Assembly: GCA_014905635.1 (NCBI GenBank) | Contig: JABVCE010000003.1 | Span: forward strand, 558,001 to 622,000 | Direction: 5' to 3' | DNA: 64,000 nucleotides | Source: Scenedesmus sp. PABB004 | Lineage: Eukaryota | In this document: one piece after another, positions 1 through 11,017 of the stretch | Position numbering within the stretch: position 1 is the first letter of the stretch | Layout of the letters: each line of letters starts with the position of its first letter | Position numbers and translations under genes: made by a program | Notes under the pieces: generated by a model | The model's input: only the letters and a program-made list of their open reading frames with translations | What the model was told of the DNA's origin: nothing | Database searches by the model: none

Positions 1-57
1 CTGCGCGCGCCCCGGCTGCTCACCGCCCCGCCTGTGCGCGCGGCCCACCGCGCGCAG

Positions 58-3000
58 CACGCGCGAGAAGCTCATGGAGCGGCGCAACCGGCTGATCGAG
101 GACATCCTGAAGCACGACCCCACCTACCACCCGCCCTCGGACTACAAGCCGCGCAAGCTCGTCAACAAGGCGCGTGCCCGCGGCACGCGCGCCGCCGCGC
201 CGCGCCTTGCCACGCACGCTCTGATGTGCCTTGCCTGATCTCCATCCCATCTGATCTAGCCTCATCTCATCTGATCTAGCCTCATCTAATCTCTCTGTCT
301 GTCACCGCCGGGCGCAGGTGTACATCCCGCTAAACGAGTACCCGGGCTACAACTTCATCGGCCTCATCATCGGCCCTCGCGGCAACACGCAGAAGCGCAT
401 GCAGCGCGAGACCAACTGCAAGATCGCGATCCGCGGCAAGGGCAGCGTCAAGGAGGGCGCGGGGCGCGACATGAAGTACGACTACGGCGAGGACGACGAG
501 CTGCACGTGCTCATCACCGCAGAGTGCCAGGAGGACGTGAGCGCGCCGCGCGCGGGCGGGAAGGGGCGGGGGCGGGCCGGGGCGGCTGCAGGCGGGCAGG
601 GCGCAGCTGCTGGCAGCGCGCGCCGCCGCGCGGGGGCCCGCCGCCGCGCCCCGCATCACCCGCCCCCGCCCTGCGTCGTCTCACCCGCGCCCGCGCGCCC
701 CCGCGCCCCCGCCCGCGCGCCGCGCCGGCGCAGCTGGACCGCGCGACGGCGATGATTGAGAAGCTCTGCACGCCCGAGGACGACGAGCACAACATGCACA
801 AGCAGCTGCAGCTCCGCGAGCTCGCCGCGCTCAACGGCACGCTCAAGGACATCTCCGCCTGCTACATCTGCGGCGAGCCCGGCCACGAGGCGGAGCACTG
901 CCCCAAGAAGGCGCGCGCCCGCGCCCGCCGCCGCCGCCGCGCCGCCGCGCCGCGCGCGCGCCCGCCACCTTGCGCCCGCGCCCGCCACCTCGCGCCCGCG
1001 CCACCTCGCGCCCGCGCCGCCGCGCCCGCGCCGCCGCGCCCACCACCTCGCACCCACCCCGTGTCGCACCGACCGCGCGTCGCGCCCGCTGCCGCTGCGT
1101 CGCGTCGCGCGCAGGCGGCGGACGTGTACAAGCTCCCCGAGCAGATGCTGACCAAGGTTCAGGAGCAGTACGAGCGCGACGTCGCGCGCGTGCACGGCGG
1201 CCCCGTCGTGAGCATGGACGCCGAGTACAAGTCCTTCCTCGCGGAGCTCGGCGGCGGCCCGCCCCCGGAGCTCATGGGCCTCGACCCGCTCACCGGTGCG
1301 CGCGCGTGTGGGGTGGGGGCGTGGGTGGGGGGTATGGGTGAGGAGGGCCAGGGCTTGGGCGCGGCGCTTGGGCCGACGCGGCCGCGTGCGCGGCGCGCCG
1401 CCGGCCCCGCCGCCGACCCCGCTGCCGCGCGCCCCGCCGCCGCGCGCCCCGCCGCCGCCGCAGGGCTGCCGCCCAAGACGGCGGGCGACCTGCCGGACGA
1501 GTGCAAGCTCTTTGTGAGCAACCTGCCGCCCGCGTACAACAGCGACATGCTGCGCCAGCTCTTTGAGCCCCACGCGCCCGTCGTGCACGCCGCGGTCATC
1601 ACCGAGCCCGGCAGCGGCGTGAGCCGGGGCTACGGCTTCATCCACATACCAGACGCGACCACGGTGCGGGCCCGCGCGCACGCGCAGGGCCCTGGCCGCC
1701 CCGCGCCGCGCGCCGCGCCGCGCCGCGCCGCGCCGCCCGCCGCGCCGCGCGCCGCGCCGCCCTCCGCGCGCCGCGCGGCCCGGCCTCGCCCGTGCGCCCG
1801 CCGACCCGCGCGCCGACCCGCCGACCCGCCCGCCCGCCCGCCTGCCCGGCTGCCGCCCCCGCGCTGCAGGCGCGCGCGACGCGGCAGCTGATGGACGGCA
1901 AGCTCATCGACGGCCGGCCGCTGGTGGTGCGGCTCAAGACCGAGCGCGGCATGCCCGGCGGCGGCGGCGGCCCGGGGCTCGGCCTCGGCCCGCCCGGCTT
2001 TGGCCTCGGCGGCCCGCCCGGCCCGCGGCCCGGGGAGATTGACGAGTGCAAGGTCTACGTCGCGGGCGTCAACTCGCAGGAGCAGGAGCCGGCGCTGCGC
2101 GAGCTCTTTGGCCGGTGCGGGCGCCGGCGGCCGGCGCGGCCCGCGCGCCTGCGCGCGCGCTGGCGGCCCGGGCCGGGCGCCGCCGCCGCGCCCGCGCCCG
2201 CACTTGCGCACCCACACGCCGACACACACGCACACCCAACACCCACACGCCCACGCGCCGCACACCCACACGCCGACACGCCCACACGCCCGCGCGCGCG
2301 CAGGTACGGCACGGTGACCGAGGTGCGCATCATCACCGACCGCGACACGGGGCTGTGCCGCGGCTTTGCGTTTGTGCACTACTCGGACAAGGCCGGCGCG
2401 CTCGCGGGCATCGCGGGCATGGACAACTACTGGCTCGACGGCAAGACCCTCGTCGTGCGCATCGCGGGTGCGCGCGCCGGCGGCGCGCGCCGCCGCGCCG
2501 GGCGGGGCGGGGAGGGGGGGGCGAGGGAGGGCACGGCCGCCGGGGGCGGCGCGCGGGAGGCGCGCGGCGGCGGCGGAGGTGCAGCCGCCCGACGCCCGCC
2601 CGCCCGCGCGTCGCCGCGCGTCGCCCGCGTGCCGCAGGCATGAAGGACCGGCCGCCCGGGCTGCCCTCCGTGGCGCCGCCGCCGCCGCAGCCGGGCGCGC
2701 CGCCGCCGGGCGCGCCGCCGTACGGCGCGCCGCCGCCGTACGGCGGCGGCTACGGCCCGCCGCCGGGGCTCTACGGCCCGCCGCCGCAGTACGGTGCGCC
2801 GCCGCGCGCCGCGCCGCGCCGCGCCAGCCGCCGCGCGGCACGGGCTGCACGGGCTGACGCGCGCCCGCGCTGCCGCCGCGGCCGCGCAGGCCGCCCGCCG
2901 CCGCCGTGGGGCGCGTACCCGCCGCCGATGCAGTACGGCGCGCCGCCGCCGTGGGGCGCGCCGCCGCCGTACGGCGCCCCGCAGCAGTACGGTGAGCGCG

Positions 3001-3456
3001 CGCCCGCCACGCCGCCGCCGCCGCCATGCTGCCCCCGCGCCGCTGACGCCCCGCCCGCCCCGCTGCGCCGCGGTGCCGCGCTGCGCAGGCGCGCCGCCAC
3101 CGTGGGGCGCGCCCCGGCCGCCGTGGGAGCAGGCGGGCGGCTACCCGCCGCAGCAGCCGGGCGGCTACCCGCCGCAGCAGCCCTGGGAGCAGGCGGGGCA
3201 CTACGCGCCGCCGGGGATGCCGCCGGTGCCGACCGGGCCGCCGCCGCTGCCGACCGCGCCGCCGCCGCTCCCAGGTGCGCGCGCCGCGCGCCGCGTGCTG
3301 CCTGCCCCGCCGTGCGGGCCGTGCTGCTGCCCGCCTCGGCGCCCCCTGCCGCGCGCCCCGCCCACGCCGCCCGCCCGCACGCGCGCCGCCGCCGCCGCAG
3401 CCGGGCCGCCGCCGCTGCCGCCGGGCGCGCCGCCGCCGCTGCCGGACGAGGCGCCC

Positions 3457-3496
<40 letters not shown>

Positions 3497-3609
3497 AGCA
3501 GCCGGGCGGCTATTCGGCGCCCGCGCCGCCGCCGCCCGCGCCGCCGGCGGGTGGGGGGCAGAGCGACTACGATCGCTTCATGGCCGACCTGCAGCGCATG
3601 AACCGCTAG
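58..3609 (+). CDS. SF1: Splicing factor 1 / branchpoint-binding protein (KH-QUA2, Zn knuckle, 2 RRMs, Pro-rich tail); 5'-partial, 11 exons in window
   Basis: Exons 58-169, 318-536, 734-910, 1115-1295, 1464-1663, 1870-2114, 2304-2467, 2638-2793, 2890-2991, 3089-3274, 3401-3609 join in frame. Motifs [25 protein letters not shown] (KH), [16 protein letters not shown] (QUA2), [41 protein letters not shown]-terminal DYDRFMADL. Confidence 0.95.
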
Positions 3610-3699
3610 GCCCCGCGCGGCCCAGGGCTCGACGGCGGGCGCGTGCGCGGGAGCTGCCTGCAACCGGTTGGGCCCAGCCCCCAGTCCCGTCCCCGCACA

Positions 3700-3700
<1 letters not shown>

Positions 3701-3748
<48 letters not shown>
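3701..3748. repeat. (GCAC)12 microsatellite
   Basis: Perfect tetranucleotide run downstream of the SF1 stop. Confidence 0.95.
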
Positions 3749-3750
<2 letters not shown>

Positions 3751-3964
3751 GCGCGCGTGCGCGAGAGCAGCAGCAGCGGCCAGCGCCGTGCGAGGGTGCC
3801 CGCCGCCGCCGCCGCCGCTACAGCGCAGACCGCGAGCTCGCACAGTCCGCTTCCCGACCGCTCGTGGCGCGCGTGGGCATCGCGCTGCGGCGCTCGCGCG
3901 GCTCGCTCCAGCAGGTTCATCTGCATCTTCGGCCGCCCTCGCTGTGGGATCGCAGCGCGGCGCC

Positions 3965-5454
3965 ATGGCGGCCCTCGCATGCATGCACCGGCGCGCGGCG
4001 CTGCCGTCGTCGTCGGCGGCGCGGCCAGGTGGGGGCGGCGGCGCAGCGGGCGGCGCAGCAGCGGCGGCGGCGGCGGCCGATGCAGCAGCGCCGCTCGCCC
4101 ACGCGCCGCCCGCCCGCCGCGCCCGGGCCTCGCAGCGGCTCCCCGCCCGACCCTGGCGGCCGCGGCAGCGGCGCCGAGGCGGCCCGCCCGCCGCGGCGCG
4201 CTGGCGGTGCGGGCGGTGTTCAGCGCGACGACGACCAACCCAGCGTTTCGTTTTGGCGCCGTGGACGACGCGCTCACGCAGAGCCGGCGCGGCGGCGGCG
4301 TGCCCATGAGCGTCGACGGCACCATCAACAAGGCCGGCCTGCTGCTCGTGCTCTCCGCGGCCTCCGCCGCGGCGACGTGGATGCAGGCGCGCGACGCCGG
4401 CGCAGGGGCGGCGCGGGGCGCAGCGCGCCTCGCCGCGCGCGGCGCCCACGCACGCGCGCGCGCACACGTGCGGGGGGCGTGCACGCGCCGCAGATCTTCT
4501 CGGGCAACTCCGCGGCCATCGTCGGCGCGCTCTCGGCCGCCAAGGTCAGCGGCATGGTCGGCCTCGCCGCCGCGGTGTGCTCCATGTTCAAGCCGCAGTG
4601 GAGCGACAAGACGGCGCCCATCTACGCCCTGGCCAAGGGCGTCGCGCTCGCGGGCATGTCTGCCGTGCTGGAGCTCCAGTACCCGGGCATCGCCATCAAC
4701 GCCGTGCTGCTGACCTTCTCCACGGCGGCGAGCCTCTTCGTCGCCGTGCGCGCGCGCCTCATCGCCGTCACCGACCGCTTCGCCGACACGGTGCGGCGCG
4801 CCGCGCGCTGGAGAGGGGCGGGGCCGCTGCGCCCCGGCCCGCCGCCGCCCCGTGCCGCCGCCGGCCCGCCGCCCCGCGCCGCCGCCCGCGTCACGCGCCG
4901 CCGCCCGGCTCCTGGCAGGTGCGCGCGGTGACTGGCGGCTACCTGGTGGCGATCATGCTGACCTTTGCCGCCTCGCTCGTGGGCCTGCGCCTGCCCGGCC
5001 TCTTCAGCGGCGGGCCCCTGTCCATGGTCGTGCACCTCGTCGCCGCGGGGCTGGCGGCCGCCAACCTGCTGGTGCGCGGCGCGCCGGCGCCGGCGCGCGC
5101 GCGGGCGCCGGCGCTGACGCGCGCGCGCGCGCGTTGGCACGACGCGTCCGGCCGCCCGCCGCCGCCGCCCGCAGCTCGACTTTGACTGGATCCAGCGCGC
5201 CAGCAGCCAGCGCCTGCCCAAGTGGATGGAGTGGTGCGGCGCCCGCGGGAGGCGCCCGCGGGGCGGCGCCTGCCGTGCCGCGCGAGGCCGTGCCCGCCCC
5301 TCTGCGCGCCTGCCTGCCTCACCGCGCCGCCGCGCGCCGCCGCCGTTGCTGCCGCAGGTATGGTGCGCAAAGCCTGATGCTCACGTTGGTCTGGATGTAC
5401 ACGGAGGTGCTGCAGCTGCTCTGGATGTTTGCGGGCGGCCGGCGCGACGACTGA
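3965..5454 (+). CDS. Bacterial-type Bax inhibitor-1/YccA family membrane protein with probable plastid transit peptide; 6 exons
   Basis: Exons 3965-4028, 4136-4386, 4494-4790, 4919-5071, 5175-5233, 5359-5454. Motifs MSVDGTINKA, APIYALAKG, YPGIAINAVLLT, LLLDFDWI, PKWMEWYGAQSLMLTLVWMYTEVLQLL. Ala/Arg-rich N-terminus ending LAVRA. Confidence 0.85.
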
Positions 5455-5469
5455 GCTGAGCGCGCGCAC

Positions 5470-5495
5470 GGGGGGGGGGGGGGGGGGGGGGGGGG
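5470..5495 (+). repeat. G26 homopolymer
   Basis: Run of G just after the BI-1-like stop codon; true length uncertain. Confidence 0.85.
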
Positions 5496-6077
5496 CTGCA
5501 GCTCGCACTTGCGGAGGGAGGCGGCGTCTCTCGGCGCGCCCAATTTGGCGCCGGGGCGCGAGGGAGCGAGGGAGCGAGGGAGGGCGCGCTGGCTGACGGC
5601 GTGATCGAGAGGACGCCGGAGCGGGCGCGTGGAGCGTGGAGCGCGGGGAGACGAGCGTGGCGTGCCGACGAGGCAGCGCCGGCGGGCGGCGGCGAGGTGC
5701 TGGGTCTGCAGCAGGCTCGGGGCTCGAGGCTGGCCACGCAGCTGCCGTCTTGGGGCGGAGCGCGCGACGGGCCGCCGCCGGTCGCAGAGCGCGCCGCGCG
5801 CCGGGCGCCGGTGCCCGGGCGGCGGTGCCGGGCGGCGGCGGGCGGCAGCCCTGGTGCGCGGGCGGCGAGTCTTGGCGTGCAGTGTGAAGGGCAAGCTGAC
5901 CGGTTTTGAGGCAGGCGAGGGAAAAAAACGTTATTTCCGGCGCGCCCCAGATGCACGCGCCACGACCAGTTCCGCCGGTGCGGCTGCCTCAGAGTGTTCC
6001 TCTCAACTGAAGCGCAGGCCCCGTTGCGTTGCTCGCAAAGATCTAGGCCCCCGCACCCCGCCCAGCCCCCCGGCGCG

Positions 6078-7569
6078 ATGCAGCTGCTGCGCCAGACGCA
6101 GACGCCCGCGGGCGTGCGCCCATTGGCGCAGGCGCCCCGCCCAGCACGGTACGGCGCTGCATCTTGCAATTGACGCCCCGATCGGGCGCGCCATGCGGCG
6201 CTCACGCGCGCCCACGCCGCCGATTGCTGCCGCAGCGCGATCCGCCTCGTCGTGCGCGCTGAGGAGGGCGCGGCGGCCACAAAGGTGCGGGAGCGGCGCG
6301 ACCGTGCGAGCGCGCCCCATGCGGCTCCGCGAGGCGGCCGGCGGCGCAGCGGTGCGGCCGCCGCCGCCCTCGCGCAAGTATCCCGGCGCGCCGGCGGCGC
6401 CCACCGCCCGCCGCCGCCCGCCGCCCGCCGTGCAGGAGCGCAAGCCCAGCCCCCTGGAGCGCGGCGGCACCCTGAGCGGCTCCGCGGCGGCCGGCAAGGT
6501 GCGGCGGGGCGCGCGCCAAAAGCAGCGGCGGCGCCGCGCGCCGCCAGCGGCGCGCCGGCGGCGGCGCACTGGCGGCGCGCCGGCGGCTGTGCACGCGCCA
6601 CCTGCGCTGGCGCGGCCTTGGAGCTCGCGCCCAGCGCGGCGCGGCGGCCCCGCGCGTGCGCGCGCGCTCGCTCACGCGTGCCGCGCCCTCGCGCGCGCCC
6701 GCGCAGGACGCGAGCTCCAAGGCCGCGGCCATGGCGGCGGGCACCACGGTCGGCGGGACCTTCCTGCAGCTCAAGGACGGCCGCTTCGTGGACGAGCGCT
6801 GGGTGGGCGGCCGCTGGAACCTCGCCAAGTTCGCCAAGGCCGACGGCGAGACCGACTGGGACGCGGTGCGCGGCCGGCGCGGGGCGCGGGGCGCGGGCGC
6901 GGCGGGCGCGACCGCCGCCTGCACACGCGCGCGCCCGCCGCCTGCGCCCGCGCGCGCCGCGCGCCCGGCCCACGCCGCGCCCGCGCGCCCGGCCCACGCC
7001 GCCGCGCCACGCTGCGCGCCGGGTCAGGTGATTGACGCCGAGATGGCGCGCCGCAAGCTGCTGGAGGAGAGCCCCATCCCCTCCACCAACGAGGAGCCCG
7101 TGCTCTTTGACACCAGCGAGATCCCCTGGTGGGCGTGGGTGCGCCGCTTCCACCTGCCCGAGGTGAGGCCGCACCCGCGCGCGGCGCGCGGGGCGCGGGC
7201 GCGGGCCGCGCGCGTCCGTGTGCGCCGCCGCCGCCGCCGCTGCCGCCGACGCTGCCGCCGCCGCCGCCGCCCGCGCGCCCGCACGCGCGCGCGCGCGCGC
7301 AGGCGGAGAAGCTCAACGGCCGCGCCGCGATGGTCGGCTACTTCATGGCGCTCGTGGTGGACCAGCTCACCGGCTACGGCCTGCTGGACCAGCAGAACAG
7401 CTTCCTCGGCAAGCTGCTGCTGCACGTGACCGTGTTTGGCGTGCTGCTCGTGCGCAGCACCGCCGACCTCGACAAGTACAAGACCCTGCTCGACGAGGCC
7501 ACCTTCTACGACCGGCAGTGGCAGGCGACCTGGGAGGGCGTGCCGCGCCCGAGCGAAACCGAGAACTGA
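6078..7569 (+). CDS. LIL3: Light-harvesting-like protein 3 (LIL3), plastid; 6 exons
   Basis: Start [16 protein letters not shown] (transit peptide). Motifs [65 protein letters not shown] (LHC motif), [12 protein letters not shown]. Confidence 0.93.
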
Positions 7570-7972
7570 GGCGCGCGCGGCGGCGGCGCGGCACGCGCGC
7601 GCGCGGCGCGCCGACGCAGGATGCACTGGCGCGGGCGTGCATGCGGGCGCGGGCGCGGGCGCGGGTGGGGCGCAGCGGACGAGGGGGCGCGTGCGAGCGT
7701 GGGACCGACCGGGTGCTCTGACCTCGGGCTAGGCAGGGGCTGGCGGCGGCGGTGCAGGGCGGGCATCCGCCCCCGCGCACCCCCCGCGCGATGCCGCGCG
7801 GGCGCGCGGCCGCAGGCGCGCGGCGCGCCCGGCTCGGTAACGCGGGACTGCTTCCGCACCGCTGTTGCAACGGAGCAGCAGCGCCGCCGCCCGCCCTGCG
7901 TGCGCGCGCGTCTCTCAGCGCGCCGCGGCTGCTGCTGTTGGTACACGCGCGTCGACGGTGGCCGCGCCGGGC

Positions 7973-9087
7973 TCAGCCGCGCAGCATCGCCAGCCGCGCC
8001 GCGAGGTCGCCGAGCTCGGCGTCGTCCGGCGCCGCTGCCGCCGCCGCGGGCTGCCGGGCCGCGACGCGCCGCTGCGGCGCCGACCCGAGCGAGGCCGACA
8101 CGTCCACGCCGATCTCGTCCAGCACCTGCGGCAGCCGCCGGCGGGGGCGCGCGTGGGCGGCGCGAGTGGGCGGCGCGAGTGGGCGGCGCGAGTGGGCGGC
8201 CCGCCGGCGGCGAGCGGGCGGGCACGGGCGCGTCGCGCGCGCCTGGCTGACGAGCTCGCCCGTCTCCTCGTCCACGCCCTCGCCGTCGAGCGCGTCGTCG
8301 AGCGTGTCGCCCACCATCTCCTGCAAGCGCGGGGCGCAGGGCGCGCTCGGCGCGCCGTCCGCAGGCACGCGCGCGGCGCGCCCCGCCGCCCGCCCCGCCG
8401 CGCCGGCGCCGCGCGCGCCGCGCCTGCGTCATGTCCATGCGCGCGGTCTCGCGGGCAAACTGCTTCACCGTCGCCGCGACCTTGGCGGGGTCGAGCTGGA
8501 TGGCGCCCATCGCCTTGGTCGCGGTCGCCACGCTCGCGCTGACCGTCGTCGCCGCCGCCGCGGTCTGCGCGCGCGGGGCGCCGGCGCGGGTTTCAGGCGC
8601 CGCGCGGCGGCGGCGGCGCGCGCGGCGGAGGCGCCGCGCGCGCACCGTGATGTTGGTCGAGACGCCGCGCAGGTTGGCGCTGGAGCCCTGCAGCTTGGCG
8701 ATCTGCGCGCGCAGCCGCACGAGCGACTTTGCGAGCACGCGCGTCGCCGGCGAGTTTGGATTCGACTTCGCGGCAGCCTTGATCTCCCGGACGAGCTTCT
8801 CCTCCTCCCGCCGCAGCGCCAGCACCTCCTTGTCCAGGTCTGCGGCGCGGCGGCGCGCTGAGGACGCTGCTCTCGCTGCGCACGCGCAGCCAGCGCCGCA
8901 GCGGCCCGCTACAGCGGCCCGCCGCAGCGGCTCACCCCGAACTCCCCGCTTGATCTGCTGCTGGCTCGACTTGACCACCTCTGCGGCCCGGCGCGCGGGC
9001 GCGGCGCGTGGGCGCCGCGCCGCAAGCGGCGGCGGCGCGCAGCGGCGCCGCCCTGCCTTTCACGTCGGGCTTCTTGAACAGCTTCAT
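7973..9087 (-). CDS. VPS2: ESCRT-III subunit VPS2/CHMP2 (Snf7 family); 6 exons
   Basis: MKLFKKPDVKE..., LRREEEKLVREIKAAAK, VLAKSLVRLRAQ, QFARETARMDMTQEMVGDTLDDAL, QVLDEIGVD, C-terminal MIM-like DLAARLAMLR. Confidence 0.92.
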
Positions 9088-9457
9088 CTCCGCGCGACCT
9101 CGCGCGCTGCCGGGCGCGGCGCGCAGGGAGGAGCTGCTGTTTCGCGCAGAGCTGCGCCGCCGCCGCCGCCACGGACGCGCCCAAGCGGCGTGCCGGCGCC
9201 TGCGTCGGGCGGTGGGCGCGGTGTGGGTCCGGAGCGGCGCGCCGGGCCGCGGCAGCAGCGGGCGGCGCGGCGCCGGCGCCGGCGGTGCAGTGTTCAGCCC
9301 TGCGCGTCGCATGGTCGGAGGTGCTGCAACGCCCTGCCACGGTGCCCGAGACCGTCCCCCGCTTCCCCCCCAGCACTGGCCGTGCCCGCCGTAGCAGCAG
9401 CGGGAGCGGCGGCAGCAGCGCCGCGGACCACGCGCGCCGGTCGCTCGCGGAGCCGCC

Positions 9458-10684
9458 ATGCCGCAGCGCCGCTGGGCCGGGCTGGCGGCACAGCTGGCGG
9501 GGCGTAGCGTGGAGGGCGCCCTGTGGCCGGCACAGCTGCTGCGGTGCGCGTGGCGCCGCGCGCCGCAGAGACGTGCGGCAGCGACGCGCGGCGCCCACAC
9601 ACCCGCGGCTCTCGCCGCGCCCCGCCGCCGCCGCAGGCCGCTGGGGGGCGGGCAGTGCGGCTGTCTCAGCAGCAGCAGCAGCAGCAGCAGCAGCGGCGGC
9701 GCCGGCCCAGGCGCCGGCCCCGGCACGCCGCCGGCGCCGCCGGCGCCCGAGGCGCAGAGCCTGGACCGGCGCGAGGCGTCCAAGTTTGCGGCGCTCGCGG
9801 ACAGCTGGTGGGACGCCGCGGGCGGGCCGTTCGCGCCGCTGCACGCGCTCAACGCGGCACGCTGCGCGTTCCTGCGCCGCGGCGTGTGCGCGCTGCGCGG
9901 CCTGCGCCGCGACGGCGCGGAGCCGTTTGCGGGGCTGCGCGTGCTCGACGTCGGCTGCGGCGGCGGGCTGCTGAGCGAGCCGGTCGCGCGGCTGGGCGGC
10001 GAGGTGACCGGCATCGACGTCTCCGACGAGGGCGTCGCCGCCGCCGCCGCGCACGCCGCCGGCGACCCGCTGCTCGCGCGCCGCATCAGGTGCGCCGCGG
10101 GGCGCCGCCGGCCGCGGCCCGCGGCTCGTGGCCCGCGCCGCGCCGCGCGCCGCGCGCCGCCGCCGCGCACGCGCCCGCCCGCGCGCCCGCGCGCCCGCCC
10201 GCCCACCGGCGCCCGCGCGCGCCGCCGCAGCTACCGGCGGGCCACGCTCGAGGCGCTGGTCGCCGAGGGCGCGTCGTTCGACGTGGTCATGGCGAGTGAG
10301 GTCATCGAGCACGTGCGCCGCCCCGCGGGCTTCCTCGCGTCCCTGGCCGCCGCGGCGGCGCCGGGCGGGCAGGTGCTCGTGACGACGCTGAACCGCACGC
10401 CCGCGAGCTACGCGCTCGCGATCGTGGGCGCCGAGTACGTCGCGCGCGTCGTGCCGGCGGGCACGCACAGCTGGTCGCGCTTCATCACGCCGCAGGAGCT
10501 CGGCATGATGGCCGCCGACGCGGGGCTGCGCCTCGAGCTGCTCGCCGGCATGGCCATGCGGCCGGGCGGGCGCTTCGCGCTCACCGACGACGTCGGCGTC
10601 AACTACGCCGCGCTCTTCAGCAAGCCTGCGGCGGCGGCGGCGGCGCACGCGGCGGGCGGCGCGGGCGGCGCAGCGGGCGCGTGA
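9458..10684 (+). CDS. COQ3: Ubiquinone biosynthesis O-methyltransferase (Coq3/UbiG), mitochondrial; 3 exons
   Basis: EASKFAALADSWWD..GPFAPLHALN, VLDVGCGGGLLSE, FDVVMASEVIEHV, TTLNRT, AEYV..VPAGTHSW..FITP, VNY. Introns 9544-9636 and about 10090-10230. Confidence 0.93.
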   Translation: MPQRRWAGLAAQLAGRSVEGALWPAQLLRCAWRRAPQRRAAATRGAHTPAALAAPRRRRRPLGGGQCGCLSSSSSSSSSGGAGPGAGPGTPPAPPAPEAQSLDRREASKFAALADSWWDAAGGPFAPLHALNAARCAFLRRGVCALRGLRRDGAEPFAGLRVLDVGCGGGLLSEPVARLGGEVTGIDVSDEGVAAAAAHAAGDPLLARRIRCAAGRRRPRPAARGPRRAARRAPPPRTRPPARPRARPPTGARARRRSYRRATLEALVAEGASFDVVMASEVIEHVRRPAGFLASLAAAAAPGGQVLVTTLNRTPASYALAIVGAEYVARVVPAGTHSWSRFITPQELGMMAADAGLRLELLAGMAMRPGGRFALTDDVGVNYAALFSKPAAAAAAHAAGGAGGAAGA

Positions 10685-11017
10685 GCGGCGCGGCGGGCGC
10701 GCGAGCGGACGAACGGACACCGGCGCAGTAACCGCGCGGCGCGCGCCCACCACTGCCGCCACGCGAACCCCGGGCTGGCCCCAGTAGGCTGCGCAGCGGA
10801 CCGCCGCAGTCTGTCATCCGGCGAGGCGACGGGCGACAGCGCCGCCGCGACGCCGCGCGCCGCGCCGCTGCTCGCAGCCCAAGGGCCCGCGCGTGGCCCG
10901 GCGCCTGTGACGGAGGCGTGTGTCGTGCCGCGCCCTCGACGCGCCCAGGAGGCCCCCCTGCGCCTGCGGCGCGCGGCGTGCACGCGGCAGCGCTGCTGCT
11001 GCTCGTGCGCGCCCGCC

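Noticed and set aside
1630..4931. Very long ORFs (945 aa, 961 aa and many similar Arg/Ala/Pro-rich ORFs across the track)
   Set aside because: Stops are rare at this GC content. These ORFs are antisense or off-frame to real spliced genes, or run through introns.
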